Below the pieces are notes generated by a model. It did not search any database and had not been told where the DNA came from. It saw only the letters and a program-made list of their open reading frames with translations. From NCBI GenBank assembly GCA_038087875.1, contig JAXLNO010000546.1, forward strand, positions 124,001 through 188,000: a DNA stretch of 64,000 nucleotides, written 5' to 3'. The DNA comes from Malacoraja senta. Its lineage: Eukaryota. Below, one piece after another: positions 20,006 through 34,102 of the stretch (position 1 is its first letter; every line of letters begins with the position of its first letter). The translations under genes and the position numbers were made by a program.

Positions 20006-23000
20006 CAGCCCAGCCAGGGCCGCCACTGCCCCCGGCTCATCATTCCAGCAACAGCCGCGGATCACCTCGGAGATGGGAGAGATCAGGCAGCTGCTGCACA
20101 CCCTTTGTTCCCACCTTCTATGGTAACAAAGGATACAAATATATAAACAGTCCCTTCCGAGTGACTGATAAAAACAGCATATGATTGCACTGAATTAGTA
20201 CTGTTGATATTGTTGATATGTTAGCACTGAATTAGTACTGTTGATATTGCTATTAATACTGTTGATATTGCTATTATTAATATAGTCATTATTACTAGGT
20301 GGCAGTACGAGTCTGCCTTACCATAGCATACAAAACTTTAACTAACATTCCCCAATTATAGAAAAAACTAGTGTTTTCGCACCTGTCCCACAAAATAGGT
20401 TTTATTTAAATTAAAAAATAAAAGAATATAAATAGAAAATAAATGAGTTCATTTCATATAGGATGCTGGAATATCCAGGGTCTCTACTCTTCAACCTTCG
20501 GGATGAAGACTGGGAACCCTGAGTTCCTAAAGTCTATAGAAGACACTGATATAATGATATTAACGGAAACATGGTACCGAAAGGATACGTTCATTCACTG
20601 CCCCTCAGGGTTTCATGAAGTCATGGTGCCCTCAGTAAAAACTACCGATATACGTAAGGGCAGAACCTCTGGGGGGGGGGGGTCTTTTTTTTATTATTAT
20701 TATTATACCTTTAATAATCCTTTGCAGGAAATTACAATGCCACGACAGCTTCAAGAACTAGACAGTCACATTACATCAATAAAACAGGGGAAATCACATA
20801 TATGGTTGAAACTAGATAAAACAATTGGAATAACTGTAAAAGATATATATCTATGTGCCGCCTACATACCCCCAATAGAATCGCCATATTTTGAAGAGGG
20901 TATATTTGAAACTCTCCACATGGCAATCAATCATTTCCAGGCCCAGGGAAATGGGCTACTATGTGGAGACCTGAATGCAAGGACCGGATGTGAACCCGAT
21001 TCCATAGGGCAACAACCATGTGTTCGGTCAAACCCCCTTGTATGTCACACCAACTATCATTAACCGGAACAACCTTGACTGCGAAATAAATAAAAGTGGT
21101 AGAGAGGTAGTGCATCTCTGCCGAGCCTTGGGCCTGTACATAGTTAATGGTAGGCTCAGAGGGGACTCGATGGGAAGGTTTACATATTCCTCGGCTCTTG
21201 GGTCTGGCGTAGTAGACTACGCAATTACTGACATAGACCCCTGCACTATCAGTGCATTCACTGTTAGGCAGCAGTCCCCTCTTTCAGACCATAGTCAAAT
21301 CAATGTTTACCTAAAATTTCCTGTTCAAACTAAAGACGTAAAAAAGGAACCAAATAAGATGTATAAAATAAATCAGACTTACAGATGGGCTTCAGATAGT
21401 GGAGATAAATTCATCGTGGCCCTGAATTCACCTGATCTTACAAATGAAATATTGAAATTCAAGACAAACCCATATGAGACTACTAGGGATGGTGTAAACA
21501 GGGCTATAAAGGACATTAATATGATTTTTCACAAGGCAGCTATCAAATCTGACCTTGTGAAACAGAAGAGAAAAATTATCAAAAAAAACAACCATGAAAA
21601 ATGGTTCGACCACGAGTGTAAAAATGTCAGAAAAGACCTGAGGAGAATATCGAACCAAAAACACCGTCAACCAAACAATCCAGACTTACGCATTAGATAT
21701 AACGAAACTCTTAAAAGGTATAAACACACGATTAGGAACAAAAGACAAACGCCCACCCGCAAAAGACTTGAAGAAATTGAAAATTCCATAAATCAAAACC
21801 AATTTTGGGATATGTGGAATAACCTGAGCACAACAAAACTGCAAACATTACCAATTCAAGACGGTGATATCTGCAGAGCACATTTCAAACATCTATATAA
21901 AGACATCCCAATAAATAAAATAAACTCAAACCATTCTCATATCAAAGAAAAACTCCAAACACTAGAAACAGTAATTAAAGATTACCAAAACCCCCTTGAT
22001 TTCCCAATTACTTTGGAAGAACTGTCCTCAAAAATAAAATCTCTTCACTCAAAGAAAGCCTGTGGTCCAGATAGCATTAAAAATGTAATGCTCAAGTACA
22101 GCACTCCGGAGATGCAGGACATAGTGCTTAGGCTGTTCAACATCATACTACGTTCGGGTTATTTCCCTGATATTTGGTGCCAACGGCTTATTTCACCCAT
22201 TTATAAGAGTGGAAACAAACTAGACCCAAATAATTATCGCGGCATCTGTGGCAGTAGCTGCCTAGGGAAGTTGTTCTGCAGTATCATAAACAACAGAATG
22301 CAGGATTTCCTTAACAAACACACCATTCTCAGTAAAAACCAAATTGGCTTCCTCCCAAAACACCGTACCACTGACCACATTTACACCCTCCACACTCTCA
22401 TTGAAAAACATGTACACCAAGCAAAAAATGGAAACATATTTGCCTGTTTTATTGAATTTGAGAAAGCATTTGACTCTATTTGGCATGAAGGGCTCTATTA
22501 CAAACTCCTCGTTGTGGTATAGGAGGAGAGGTATATGACCTTATCCAATCAATGTATCTGAATAATAAATGTGGCGTTAAAATTGGGGATAAACGCACTG
22601 ATCTCTTCACCCAGAGAAGAGGCGTCCGGCAAGGCTGCAATCTGAGCCCGACACTGTTTAATGTATATATCAACGATTTGGCAATAAAGCTGGACCAGAG
22701 CACTGCGCCAGGCCTCTGTCTTCTGGACGGAGAGGTAAAATCCCTGTTTTATGCGGATGATTTGGTTCTGTTGTCCCCCACAGGACAGGGACTACAGCAA
22801 CAGTTGGACCTACTTGATGAGTACTGCCAAAATTGGGCCCTGGCAGTAAATCTAAAGAAAACCAACATCATGTGTTTCAGAAAAGACCCAGATGTCAGGA
22901 AGATAAATACAAATTTACTCTCAATGGTATTATTATCGAACACACTATGAGCTATTGGTCTAACTGTTGCAGCATCAGGGAGCTTCAACATGGCAGTGAA

Positions 23001-23514
23001 TGCACTAAAAGAGAAAGCTCGAATAGCTCTGTATGCAATTAAAAGAAGATTCTACAACATCCAAATATCGATTAAAATCTGGCTTAAAATATTTGACAGT
23101 GTAATCCAGCCTATTGCGCTTCATAGTACTGAAGTATGGGGGCCGCTCAGTCACCATAGTTATAGTAAATGGGAAAAACATACAACGGAGGCCCTGCATG
23201 CGGAATTTTGTCGGAACATCCTCCGCATCCAAAGGAAAACACCAACAAACGCATGTAGGGCGGAATTAAGCAGATACCCACTGATAATAAATAGCCAGAA
23301 AAGAGCACTAAATTTTTGGAATCACCTTAAATCTACCCCACCAGATACCCTCCAGTTTAAAGCCCTTAAAACACAAGAGGGGAGACCAGAAAAAAAGTTC
23401 CCTGTGTCAGTTCGTATTGAGACTAACTACCCCCATTCAGTCAAACCCTATCCAGTTAAATCCTGACCAGCCTCAGATCAATACTGATCCCCAATCACCA
23501 GTTAGAGTGAACCA
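20006..23514 (+). mobile_element. RTEX-like LINE (ORF1 end plus frameshifted ORF2 EN/RT), cut by the gap
   Basis: WNIQGL, LTETW, CGDLNAR, SDH; KACGPD, NNYRGI, TTDHIYTL, KAFDSIWHEGL, GVRQGCNLSPTLF, YADD. Clade assigned from motif style. Confidence 0.8.
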
Positions 23515-23714
23515 NNNNNNNNNNNNNNNNNNNNNNNNNNNNNNNNNNNNNNNNNNNNNNNNNNNNNNNNNNNNNNNNNNNNNNNNNNNNNNNNNNNNNN
23601 NNNNNNNNNNNNNNNNNNNNNNNNNNNNNNNNNNNNNNNNNNNNNNNNNNNNNNNNNNNNNNNNNNNNNNNNNNNNNNNNNNNNNNNNNNNNNNNNNNNN
23701 NNNNNNNNNNNNNN
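23515..23714. other. Assembly gap (200 N)
   Basis: Run of exactly 200 N; the true gap size is unknown. Confidence 1.
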
Positions 23715-26700
23715 CCGTATTTCCTTCACCCAAAGATTATTCTTAGTTTTGATGTATCATCTAGTTCTTTAAAATCAGGGGTTTGACTGACTGAGTTTGT
23801 CAAAGTATGTTTTCCTTGATTTGTCAATTTTTTTGCATTTTAGGAGGAAGTGCACCTCAGTATCAACCTCATCTGTCGAACAGTGGCCGCATATTCTGTT
23901 TTCTCTTGGTTGCCAGAATCTCTTCTGTCTTCCTTTTACAACTGCCAAAAAGTGGTCACTTAGCCTGTATTTCGTGAGGGTCTGCCTCTGTTTTATGTCT
24001 CTAACGGTTGAGAGATAGTCTGCCAAGTTATAATCTCTTTTTAGGGCACGGTAACATTCTAATCTGCTTTGGCTTTTGGTTTCTCTATCCCAATGTTCCA
24101 AATACGTTTCTTTACATTGTTTGATAATTTGGTTCACTCTAACTGGTGATTGGGGATCAGTATTGATCTGAGGCTGGTCAGGATTTAACTGGATAGGGTT
24201 TGACTGAATGGGGGTAGTTAGTCTCAATACGAACTGACACAGGGAACTTTTTTTCTGGTCTCCCCTCTTGTGTTTTAAGGGCTTTAAACTGGAGGGTATC
24301 TGGTGGGGTAGATTTAAGGTGATTCCAAAAATTTAGTGCTCTTTTCTGGCTATTTATTATCAGTGGGTATCTGCTTAATTCCGCCCTACATGCGTTTGTT
24401 GGTGTTTTCCTTTGGATGCGGAGGATGTTCCGACAAAATTCCGCATGCAGGGCCTCCGTTGTATGTTTTTTCCCATTTACTATAACTATGGTGACTGAGC
24501 GGCCCCCATACTTCAGTACTATGAAGCGCAATAGGCTGGATTACACTGTCAAATATTTTAAGCCAGATTTTAATCGATATTTCGATGTTGTAGAATCTTC
24601 TTTTAATTGCATACAGAGCTCTTCGAGCTTTCTCTTTTAGTGCATTCACTGCCATGTTGAAGCTCCCTGATGCTGCAACAGTTAGACCAAGGTAAGTATA
24701 GCTCATAGTGTGTTCGATAATAATACCATTGAGAGTAAATTTGTATTTATCTTCCTGACATCTGGGTCTTTTCTGAAACACATGATGTTGGTTTTCTTTA
24801 GATTTACTGCCAGGGCCCAATTTTGGCAGTACTCATCAAGTAGGTCCAACTGTTGCTGTAGTCCCTGTCCTGTGGGGGACAACAGAACCAAATCATCCGC
24901 ATAAAACAGGGATTTTACCTCTCCGTCCAGAAGACAGAGGCCTGGCGCAGTGCTCTGGTCCAGCTTTATTGCCAAATCGTTGATATATACATTAAACAGT
25001 GTCGGGCTCAGATTGCAGCCTTGCCGGACGCCTCTTCTCTGGGTGAAGAGATCAGTGCGTTTATCCCCAATTTTAACGCCACATTTATTATTCAGATACA
25101 TTGATTGGATAAGGTCATATACCTCTCCTCCTATACCACAACGAGGAGTTTGTAATAGAGCCCTTCATGCCAAATAGAGTCAAATGCGTTCTCAAATTCA
25201 ATAAAACAGGCAAATATGTTTCCATTTTTTGCTTGGTGTACATGTTTTTCAATGAGAGTGTGGAGGGTGTAAATGTGGTCAGTGGTACGGTGTTTTGGGA
25301 GGAAGCCAATTTGGTTTTTACTGTGAATGTTGTGTTTGTTAAGGAAATCCTGCATTCTGTTGTTTATGATACTGCAGAACAACTTCCCTAGGCAGCTACT
25401 GACACAGATGCCGCGATAATTATTTGGGTCTAGTTTGTTTCCACTCTTATAAATGGGTGAAATAAGCCGTTGGCACCAAATATCAGGGAAATAACCCGAA
25501 CGTAGTATGATGTTGAACAGCCTAAGCACTATGTCCTGCATCTCCGGAGTGCTGTACTTGAGCATTTCATTTTTAATGCTATCTGGACCACAGGCTTTCT
25601 TTGAGTGAAGAGATTTTATTTTTGAGGACAGTTCTTCCAAAGTAATTGGGAAATCAAGGGGGTTTTGGTAATCTTTAATTACTGTTTCTAGTGTTTTGGA
25701 GGTTTTTCTTTGATATGAGAATGGTTTGAGTTTATTTTATTTATTGGGATGTCTTTATATAGATGTTTGAAATGTGCTCTGCAGATATCACCGTCTTGAA
25801 TTGGTAATGTTTGCAGTTTTGTTGTGCTCAGGTTATTCCACATATCCCAAAATTGGTTTTGATTTATGGAATTTTCAATTCTTCAAGTCTTTTGCGGGTG
25901 GCTTTTGTATTTTGTTCCTAATCGTGTGTTTATACCTTTTAAGAGTTTCATTATATCTAATGCGTAAGTCTGGATTGTTTGGTTGACGGTGTTTTTGGTT
26001 CGATATTCTCCTCAGGTCTTTTCTGACATTTTTACACTCGTGGTCGAACCATTTTTCATGGTTGTTTTTTTTGATAATTTTTCTCTTCTGTTTCACAAGG
26101 TCAGATTTGATAGCTGCCTTGTGAAAAATCATATTAATGTCCTTTATAGCCCTGTTTACACCATCCCTAGTAGTCTCATATGGGTTTGTCTTGAATTTCA
26201 ATATTTTATTTGTAAGATCAGGTGAATTCAGGGCCACGATGAATTTATCTCCACTATCTGAAGCCCATCTGTAAGTCTGATTTATTTTATACATCTTATT
26301 TGGTTCCTTTTTTACGTCTTTAGTTTGAACAGGAAATTTTAGGTAAACATTGATTTGACTATGGTCTGAAAGAGGGGACTGCTGCCTAACAGTGAATGCA
26401 CTGATAGTGCAGGGGTCTATGTCAGTAATTGCGTAGTCTACCACGCTAGACCCAAGAGCCGAGGAATATGTAAACCTTCCCATCGAGTCCCCTCTGAGCC
26501 TACCATTAACTATGTACAGGCCCAAGGCTCGGCAGAGGTGCACTACCTCTCTACCACTTTTATTTATTTCGCAGTCAAGGTTGTTCCGGTTAATGATAGT
26601 TGGTGTGACATACAAGGGGGTTTGACCGAACACATGGTTGTTGCCCTGTGGGTCTATGGAATCGGGTTCACATCCGGTCCTTGCATTCAGGTCTCCACAT

Positions 26701-27656
26701 AGTAGCCCATTTCCCTGGGCCTGGAAATGATTGATTGCCATGTGGAGAGTTTCAAATATACCCTCTTCAAAATATGGCGATTCTATTGGGGGTATGTAGG
26801 CGGCACATAGATATATATCTTTTCCAGTTATTCCAATTGTTTTATCTAATTTCAACCATATATGTGATTTCCCCTGTTTTATTGATGTAATGTGACTGTC
26901 TAGTTCTTGAAGCTGTCGTGGCATTGTAATTTCCTGCAAAGGATTATTAAAGGTATAATAATAATAATAAAAAAAAAGACCCCCCCCCCCCAGAGGTTCT
27001 GCCCTTACGTATATCGGTAGTTTTTACTGAGGGCACCATGACTTCATGAAACCCTGAGGGGCAGTGAATGAACGTATCCTTTCGGTACCATGTTTCCGTT
27101 AATATCATTATATCAGTGTCTTCTATAGACTTTAGGTACTCAGGGTTCCCAGTCTTCATCCCGAAGGTTGAAGAGTAGAGACCCTGGATATTCCAGCATC
27201 CTATATGAAATGAACTCATTTATTTTCTATTTATATTCTTTTATTTTTTAATTTAAATAAAACCTATTTTGTGGGACAGGTGCGAAAACACTAGTTTTTT
27301 CTATAATTGGGGAATGTTAGTTAAAGTTTTGTATGCTATGGTAAGGCAGACTCGTACTGCCACCTAGTAATAATGACTATATTAATAATAACAATATCAA
27401 CAGTATTAATAGCAATATCAACAGTACTAATTCAGTGCTAACATATCAACAATATCAACAGTACTAATTCAGTGCAATCATATGCTGTTTTTATCAGTCA
27501 CTCGGAAGGGACTGTTTATATATTTGTATCCTTTGTTACCATAGAAGGTGGGAACAAAGGGTGTGCAGCAGCTGCCTGATCTCTCCCATCTCCGAGGTGA
27601 TCCGCGGCTGTTGCTGGAATGATGAGCCGGGGGCAGTTGCGGCCCTGGCTGGGCTG
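23715..27656 (-). mobile_element. RTEX-like LINE, right-arm copy extending 415 bp further (C-terminal zinc knuckle)
   Basis: Mirror of 20006-23514 plus LTKYRLSDH...KGR...RICGHC......E.HFL..C in 23775-24227. Confidence 0.8.
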
Positions 27657-28036
27657 GTAATCCCCCCATTGTCATATCAGCCAACCTTTAACTGAGCCGC
27701 AAGCTCATCTACTTTACTTCTTATACATCGCGCATTCATACTTTTAATACAATACTTTTAATACCGTACGCATCTTACATTTCACATCGATCCATATTAC
27801 ACTTGGCCATACCCTTCTATCCCATTGTGACCTTTGTTTCCCGTTAATTCTGGGGTCATTAACTATCCCTTTACTTTCTGTCCTTTTAACTCCATCCTTG
27901 ACTATCCCATTTGACCCCCCCCCCCCCTTATATTGTTTAAAACCACCTGTGTAGCAGTGGAAAACCTGCCTGCCAGAATGCTGGTCCCGCACATGTTAAG
28001 GTGCAATCCGTCCATTTGTACGGTTCCCCCTCCTCC

Positions 28037-29768
28037 TACAAGGCTCAAATGTCAGCGAAGCATCACTCCCTGACGAGTTCAATGCGTTTTACGCACACTT
28101 TGATATGGAGAACACTGATGTGCCTTCCCGAGCCCCCATGGGTATTTCGGTCACAGTCACAGAGGTCGACGTCAGAAGATCCTTTAGAGGGGTGAACCCT
28201 CGGAAAGCACCTGGACCTGATGGTATACTCGGGCGTGTTTTAAAAACCTGTGCAGACTAACTGGCTGGAGTTTTAAGGACATTTTCAACGTCTCACTTCT
28301 CAGGTCTGAGGTTCCCACCTGCTTTAAAGCGGCATCAATAATACCGGTGCACAGGAAGAGCAGGTGACGTGCCTCAATGACTATGGACTAGTGGCACTAA
28401 CGTCTGTGGTGATGAAGTGCTTTGAGAGGCTGATCATGGCGCAAATCCACTCATACCTCGACAAAAACCTGGACCCACTTCAATTCGCCATAACAGATCA
28501 ACGGTGGATGCTATCATACTGGCTCTCCACTCCGCTCTGGACCACTTGGACAACAAAAACTCATATGGGAGGCTGGTACACAAAAATGCTGGAGAAACTC
28601 AGCGGGTGCAGCAGCATCTATGGAGCGAAGGAAATAGGCAACGTTTCGGGTCGAAACCCTTCTTCAGACATATGTGAGGCTGGTATTCATTGACTGCAGC
28701 TCGGCATTTAATACCATCATCCCAACCAGACTGGTTAACAAGCTCAGTCTGGGTCTCTGCGCATCCCTCTGCAATTGGATCCCCGACTTCCTTCCACATT
28801 CACAGACCCCAGTCTGTCCATATTGGTGGAACTGTGTCATCCTCGATAACAATCAGCACGGGAGCACCTTGAGGCTGCGTGCTCAGCCCCATGCTGTCCT
28901 CGCGCTATAATCATGACTGCGCAGCCGGACATAGTACTAACTCCATCATCAAGTTCGCCGACGACACCACTGTTGTGGGACGTATCACTGAGGGGGACGA
29001 GTCAGAGTTTAGAAGTGAGATCAATCAACTGACCAAATGGTGCCAGCACAATAACCTGGCTCTAAACACCAGCAAAACCAAGTATCTAATTGTGGACTTC
29101 CGAAGGGGGTAGGATGGGGACCATTTATATCAACGGGTCGATGGTGGAAAGGGTCAAGAACTTCAAATTCCTGGGTGTGCATATTTCCGAAGACCTCTCC
29201 TTGTCCCAGAACACTGATGCAATCAAAAAGTAAACACATCAGCGCCTCTACTTCCTGAGGAGATTACGTAGCGTCGGTACGTCAAGGAGGACTCTCTCGA
29301 ACTTATACAGGCGTACAGTAGATAGCATGCTGACCAGTTGCATGGTAGACAACTTGAGCGTCCAGGTGCAGAAAAGGCTGCACAAAGTTGTAACTACTGC
29401 CCAGTCCATCATCGGCTCTGACCTCCCTACCATCGAGGGGATCTCTCGAAGTCGCTGCCTCAAAAAGGCTGCCAGCAACTCTCCACTGCCATCAGGTAGA
29501 AGGTACAGGAGCCCGAAATCTGCAACATCCTGGTTCAGGAACAGCTACTTCCCCACAGCCATCACACTATTAAACACAACTTTAAACAAATTCTGAACTA
29601 AGCCTAGTGCACTTAATCTGCTTATTGATGTGTGTATCTATATATCCTATGGTATATGGACACACTGATCTGATCTGTATTTATGACTACAATATCCTGT
29701 TGTGCTGCAGCAATGCAAGAATGTCATTGTCCTATCTGGGACACATGACAATAAACTCTCTTGATTTG
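28037..29768 (+). mobile_element. Rex1/Babar LINE, right-arm copy
   Basis: Mirror of 17895-19625; KFADDTTVVG intact here. Confidence 0.9.
28579..28668 (-). mobile_element. Penelope-like pLTR with hammerhead core, right-arm copy
   Basis: Minus strand CTGAAGAAGGGTTTCGACCCGAAACGTT; flanking duplication at 28562-28578 and 28669-28685. Confidence 0.7.
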
Positions 29769-30970
29769 AAAAAAAGGGGAAGTACAACCTTGTTCATCAG
29801 TCAATGAAAGCCAACATGCAGGTACAGCAGGTGGAGAATAAAGCCAATTCCATGTTGGCCTTCACAGCAAGATGAGCTGAGTATAGTAACAAGGAGGTTC
29901 TTCTGCGGTTGCACAGGGCCCTAGTGAGACCTCACCTGGAGTATTGTGTGCAGTTTTGATCTCCAAATTTGAGGAAGGACTTTCTTGCTATTGAGGGTGT
30001 GCAGCGTAGGTTCACGAGGTTAATTCCCGGGAAGGTGCCACTGTCATATGCTGAGAGAATAGAGTGACTGGGCTTGTATGACTCTTGAATTTAGAAGAAT
30101 CAGAGAGGATCTTATTGAAACATAGAATTATTAAGGGTTTGGACACGTTAGAGGCAGGAGACATGTTCCCGATGTTGCGGGAGTCCAGAACCAGGGAACA
30201 CTTTTCACACAGAGAGTAGCGTGTCTGTGGATTTCACTTCCTCGGTGGGCGGTGGAGGCCGGATCTCTGTATAATTTCAAGAGAGAGGTAGATTGGGCTG
30301 TTAAAGATAGCGGTGTCAGGGGATATGGGGAGAAGGCAGTAACGTGGTACTGATTGTGGATGATCAGTCGTGATCACATTGAATAGTGGTGCTAGCTCAT
30401 AGTTCCGAAAGGCCTCCCCCTGCACCTATTGTCTATTGACGTTTGACAGTATCTTTCCTAATACAAGTGCTCAGAACTGTACGCAATATTCTAAATGCGG
30501 TCTCAGCAATGTTTTGAACAACGGCAACATGACCTACATGCTCTGTATGATGAAGGCCAATGCGCCAAAAGCCTTTTTTGACCACCTTATCTAGCTGCGA
30601 ATTAACCTTCAAGGAACCATGCCACTGCAGTCCCAGAGACCTCTTGGCTACAACACTCCTCAGATGCCTACCATTCACTGTGTAGTTCCTGCCCTTGTTC
30701 GACGTCCAAAATGCAACAACACGCTTCTCTGTATAAAATCCCATCAACCATTCCTCAGCCCACCTGGCCAATCTAGCTAGATCCTGCCGGAATCTTTCTA
30801 AGCTCTAGAGTGGATGAAGTTGCTTGCCACCGTCATCGACTGCTTCCTTCCATGGAAGCATGCAGATATGTCCTTACATATTGCATTTTCCTTGAGCAAG
30901 GCGTAAAGTATTTCCAAGAAGAGAGAATGGTGACAATAAGGTGAGTTCTCATGGATCGTTTATAAATTAC

Positions 30971-31016
30971 ATTAGAGTCGCATCGTTGCTTCGTGCAAAC
31001 CTTGAGATTGAAACTG
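30971..31016 (-). CDS. Candidate exon 2, right-arm copy: (A)VSISRFARSNDATL
   Basis: Mirror of 16625-16670 with two substitutions (I->T; donor context AT|GT instead of AG|GT). Confidence 0.45.
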
Positions 31017-31097
31017 CTACGCAGAGAAAAGGTCATTTTAAAATTAACTTTTTTCAAGGAAGGTAAGGCATGTGAAAGTGCATGTGCATATACTTAC

Positions 31098-31182
31098 CAA
31101 GATCGCCAAGATACGACTGTCCGTTTACAAATGACTGAGACACCAGCAATATCCCGAAAAGGAAGAAAAGTGTCACGACCAT
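31098..31182 (-). CDS. Signal-peptide exon 1, right-arm copy
   Basis: Mirror of 16459-16543; TATAAG at 31255-31260. Confidence 0.65.
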
Positions 31183-32810
31183 TCTTCTGCAGTAAAACTT
31201 TTTTTCTGGATGAGAGATCTGGAAAGGAAATGTGGACTATAACCTGAGCTTCTGCTTATATTGATCTGTGTGGCGTCGTGTGGATTCGCAATCCGTCTAT
31301 CGATGATTATGGCAAGGCAGGAATGGTGTGCCTCCAGGGCTGCTTTCGATTGGAGGATATGGACTATGAGGAGCGTTTTGACAAACTTGGATTGTTTTAC
31401 CAGGAGTGGAATAAAATGAGGGTGACCTCCCAGATATTTCTAAAATTCTGAAAGATACAGTTTGGATAGTCTAATCGTCTTCCATATTATTGATACCCAA
31501 ATATTATAGGATAAAGGATTGAGGTCAGAGGGCAGTTGATGTGCGGGCCATGCCTAAACCCAGAGAGTGACAGTTATCCGGAATGCGTCGCCATGTCTGG
31601 TGATGAAACCTGATGAAATTGGTACGATTAGTGGATATGCCTATGGAATGTGTTGATAGGAATCATATGCATGCATCAATAATTTGTTTAATGTGGCATT
31701 ATGTTTCACACAGCTGTCGTGGGACGAAGGGCCTATTCTTGTGCTGTACTTTTCTATACCCCATGTTGAAATGTACGGATCAGTGGGCAAAAGAAAAATG
31801 GAGGAAGTTTATTATGAGGATGCTTGTGGGCCTCCAGTTCTGCAGGAAATTTATTGAAGTCGGAGAAGGAAGATGTAGACCATGAGAAACAGCAAGTCGG
31901 CATGATATTTGCGAGTGACTGTAAAAGCAATTTAATTGTGATCTTTCAGTTAAAGGAAATCGATTAAATATATTTTAGGTCGCTGACGAATCGTGTGAAA
32001 CGTGTTTACATCTAGTTACCGATAATATCCAGATGCAAATGTCTTTATTAATAGTTGATAATGTAGATGAGATAAATACAAAAACATTGAAAATCAAACA
32101 AGTTCATGGAGCGGAAAACTTAAAAGAGATTATGACTAAATGTGGGAAATTGGAAATCTGCACCGTGTCGACGTGTATCTGCTGTCCTTCTTTTCTGGTC
32201 TCCACCCTCGTGTCCCACAACTTGAAACTCTTATGAAACTCAGCAGGCCTATTGTATAATTCTGGAAGAAAGCCTGCTTTGGCAAGGTGAATCGCATTGA
32301 ATGCAGGGATCGGTGAGGTTATATTTTGTAGATACCACTAAAAGGCGAGATATTGCCGATAGCAAAGTTGGTTATCAATGATTGTAGCAGCATGTTTCTC
32401 AGCTGGAAAACTGCGGCGATGAAAGGCGAAAGGAGCTTAATGCAGTACAATGTGAGATGTTACATTTTGGGAAATGAAACGCAGACACGATTTTAACGGT
32501 GCATGGTGGGGCCCAAGAGAGTAATGTAGCAGAGTCCATATATGTTTCTCCTGGAAACTGCAATACTCAGAATACTCGTTCATCCTGAATTCTCAACTGG
32601 CTTAGCTACACGAGATCAGATGAACCACAGAGCAAATTAGCAGACACGCACAAAAGCACCCGAAGGTGGCATTCATGTAGCAATCCTGGACGTCCAATTA
32701 ACTCCTTTTTGCAACTGTCCCCAGGCTCCTGCCAATCCCTGTGAAGGTACTTCATTGGTTTATATCCCAAAATGCAACAACTCTGACACTGCATCAAAAT
32801 CTATTGAACA

Positions 32811-34102
32811 CTAGACCAGGGGGGAGGGGCGTTGGGTTCCGTCCCCTCAATCCGCGGTTGGGGGAGGAGGCTGCGGCGTCACACACACACTAACCACCCC
32901 GCACACACACACAGCGGAGACGGGGGAAGGAGTGGAGCAGGGGAGGGAGGGGGAAGGGGAGGGAGGTAGTGGGGGAAGAGGGGGCGGAAAGGGAGGGGAA
33001 GGAAGGTGGAAGGGGAGGGGAGTGGGGGAGAGGGGAGTGGTGGAGGGGGAAGATGGGGGTAGGGGGAAAGAGATGAGATGGAAATGGTTATATGGTTATA
33101 TGGTTAAATGGAAAGAGCAGGGGAAGTGAGAGAGAGAGGGGGGGAGTGGGGCGACTGGGTCGAGGGGAGGGCGAGGGGGGTGGAGGGGGGAGGGGAGAGG
33201 AGTGCGGTGGAGGGGGGGCAGAGGTGTGGAGGGGGCGAGGAGGCAGAGAGAGGACGAATGAGAGAGATAGGAGGAGGAAGAGAAGGGTGGAAGAGGGGAG
33301 AGAGAGGAGGGAAGGGTGAGGGGGATGGGGAGAGGGGGTGGTGTGAGAGGGGGAAGGAAGGGGGAGGGAGGTGGAGGGGGATGGGGGGACGGCCGGCCGA
33401 GTGCAAGTATTGAAGCAATCAGGGACTGCATATGTTGACAGTTTGTAGGCAGGCGATTATCGAGTTGGTGTATCGCCAACTATCAACGGAGCGCTCGACC
33501 TCCTGTGGCGACCAGCATTCATGAAGGGCCTCCGGGGTCCCCGTGGACACCGCTTGTTCCCTCTCCAGGGACGCGCGGGCAGGGGCCAGGGGGAGATGCG
33601 GGCTGTCGACCTCGGTGCGGCCGTCGGCTCCCCGCGGGTGCTGTCTTTTCCCGGGCCCAGGAGCAGATCCCCCATCCATCCCAGCCCTCCACCCTCTGTA
33701 CCGGGTGCCCAGGTGTCGGGAGTGTGGGGCTGGTATGAGGCCGGGTTTGCGGAGCGGCCCCTTCGGATGATCAAGCGGAGGCTGCGGCCTCTCACACTAA
33801 CTCGTCATCGGCTTCAATCCATAGTCCTGGGGGGGGGGGGGGGGCGGCTGGGCCACGTAACTCGCAGCTCGTGGAAAACTGTGCCCACCACGCTGCGCGC
33901 GCAGCTGGCCGCGAGGAACAGGGTCAGCTTGTGGAAAGCAGTGCCCCTGCGCGTTGAACATTGTGCGCAACTTGCCGCGAGGAGCAAAGGCATTGTTACG
34001 TCATCAGCTCTCTTCAACAGCTAGATTTAAATAAAATCTCAGATTGGTGAACACTTTTCGTAAAAAATACATCCACATCCACGATCAGAGTTTTATAAAT
34101 TA
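32811..34102 (-). mobile_element. Helitron-like element 2, right-arm copy
   Basis: Mirror of 13540-14816; CTAG at 32811-32814. Confidence 0.5.

Larger units (their letters stand above)
1..23514. repeat. Left arm of giant inverted duplication (partner 24130-44253)
   Basis: Position 1 (cctccacagagaggg) is the reverse complement of sequence ending at 44253; 23514 (...gtgaacca) pairs with 24130. The ORF track is mirrored throughout (e.g. 68..322+ vs 43932..44186-). Confidence 0.97.

Noticed and set aside
23417..23746. ORFs spanning the N run
   Set aside because: Artefacts of translating through the assembly gap.
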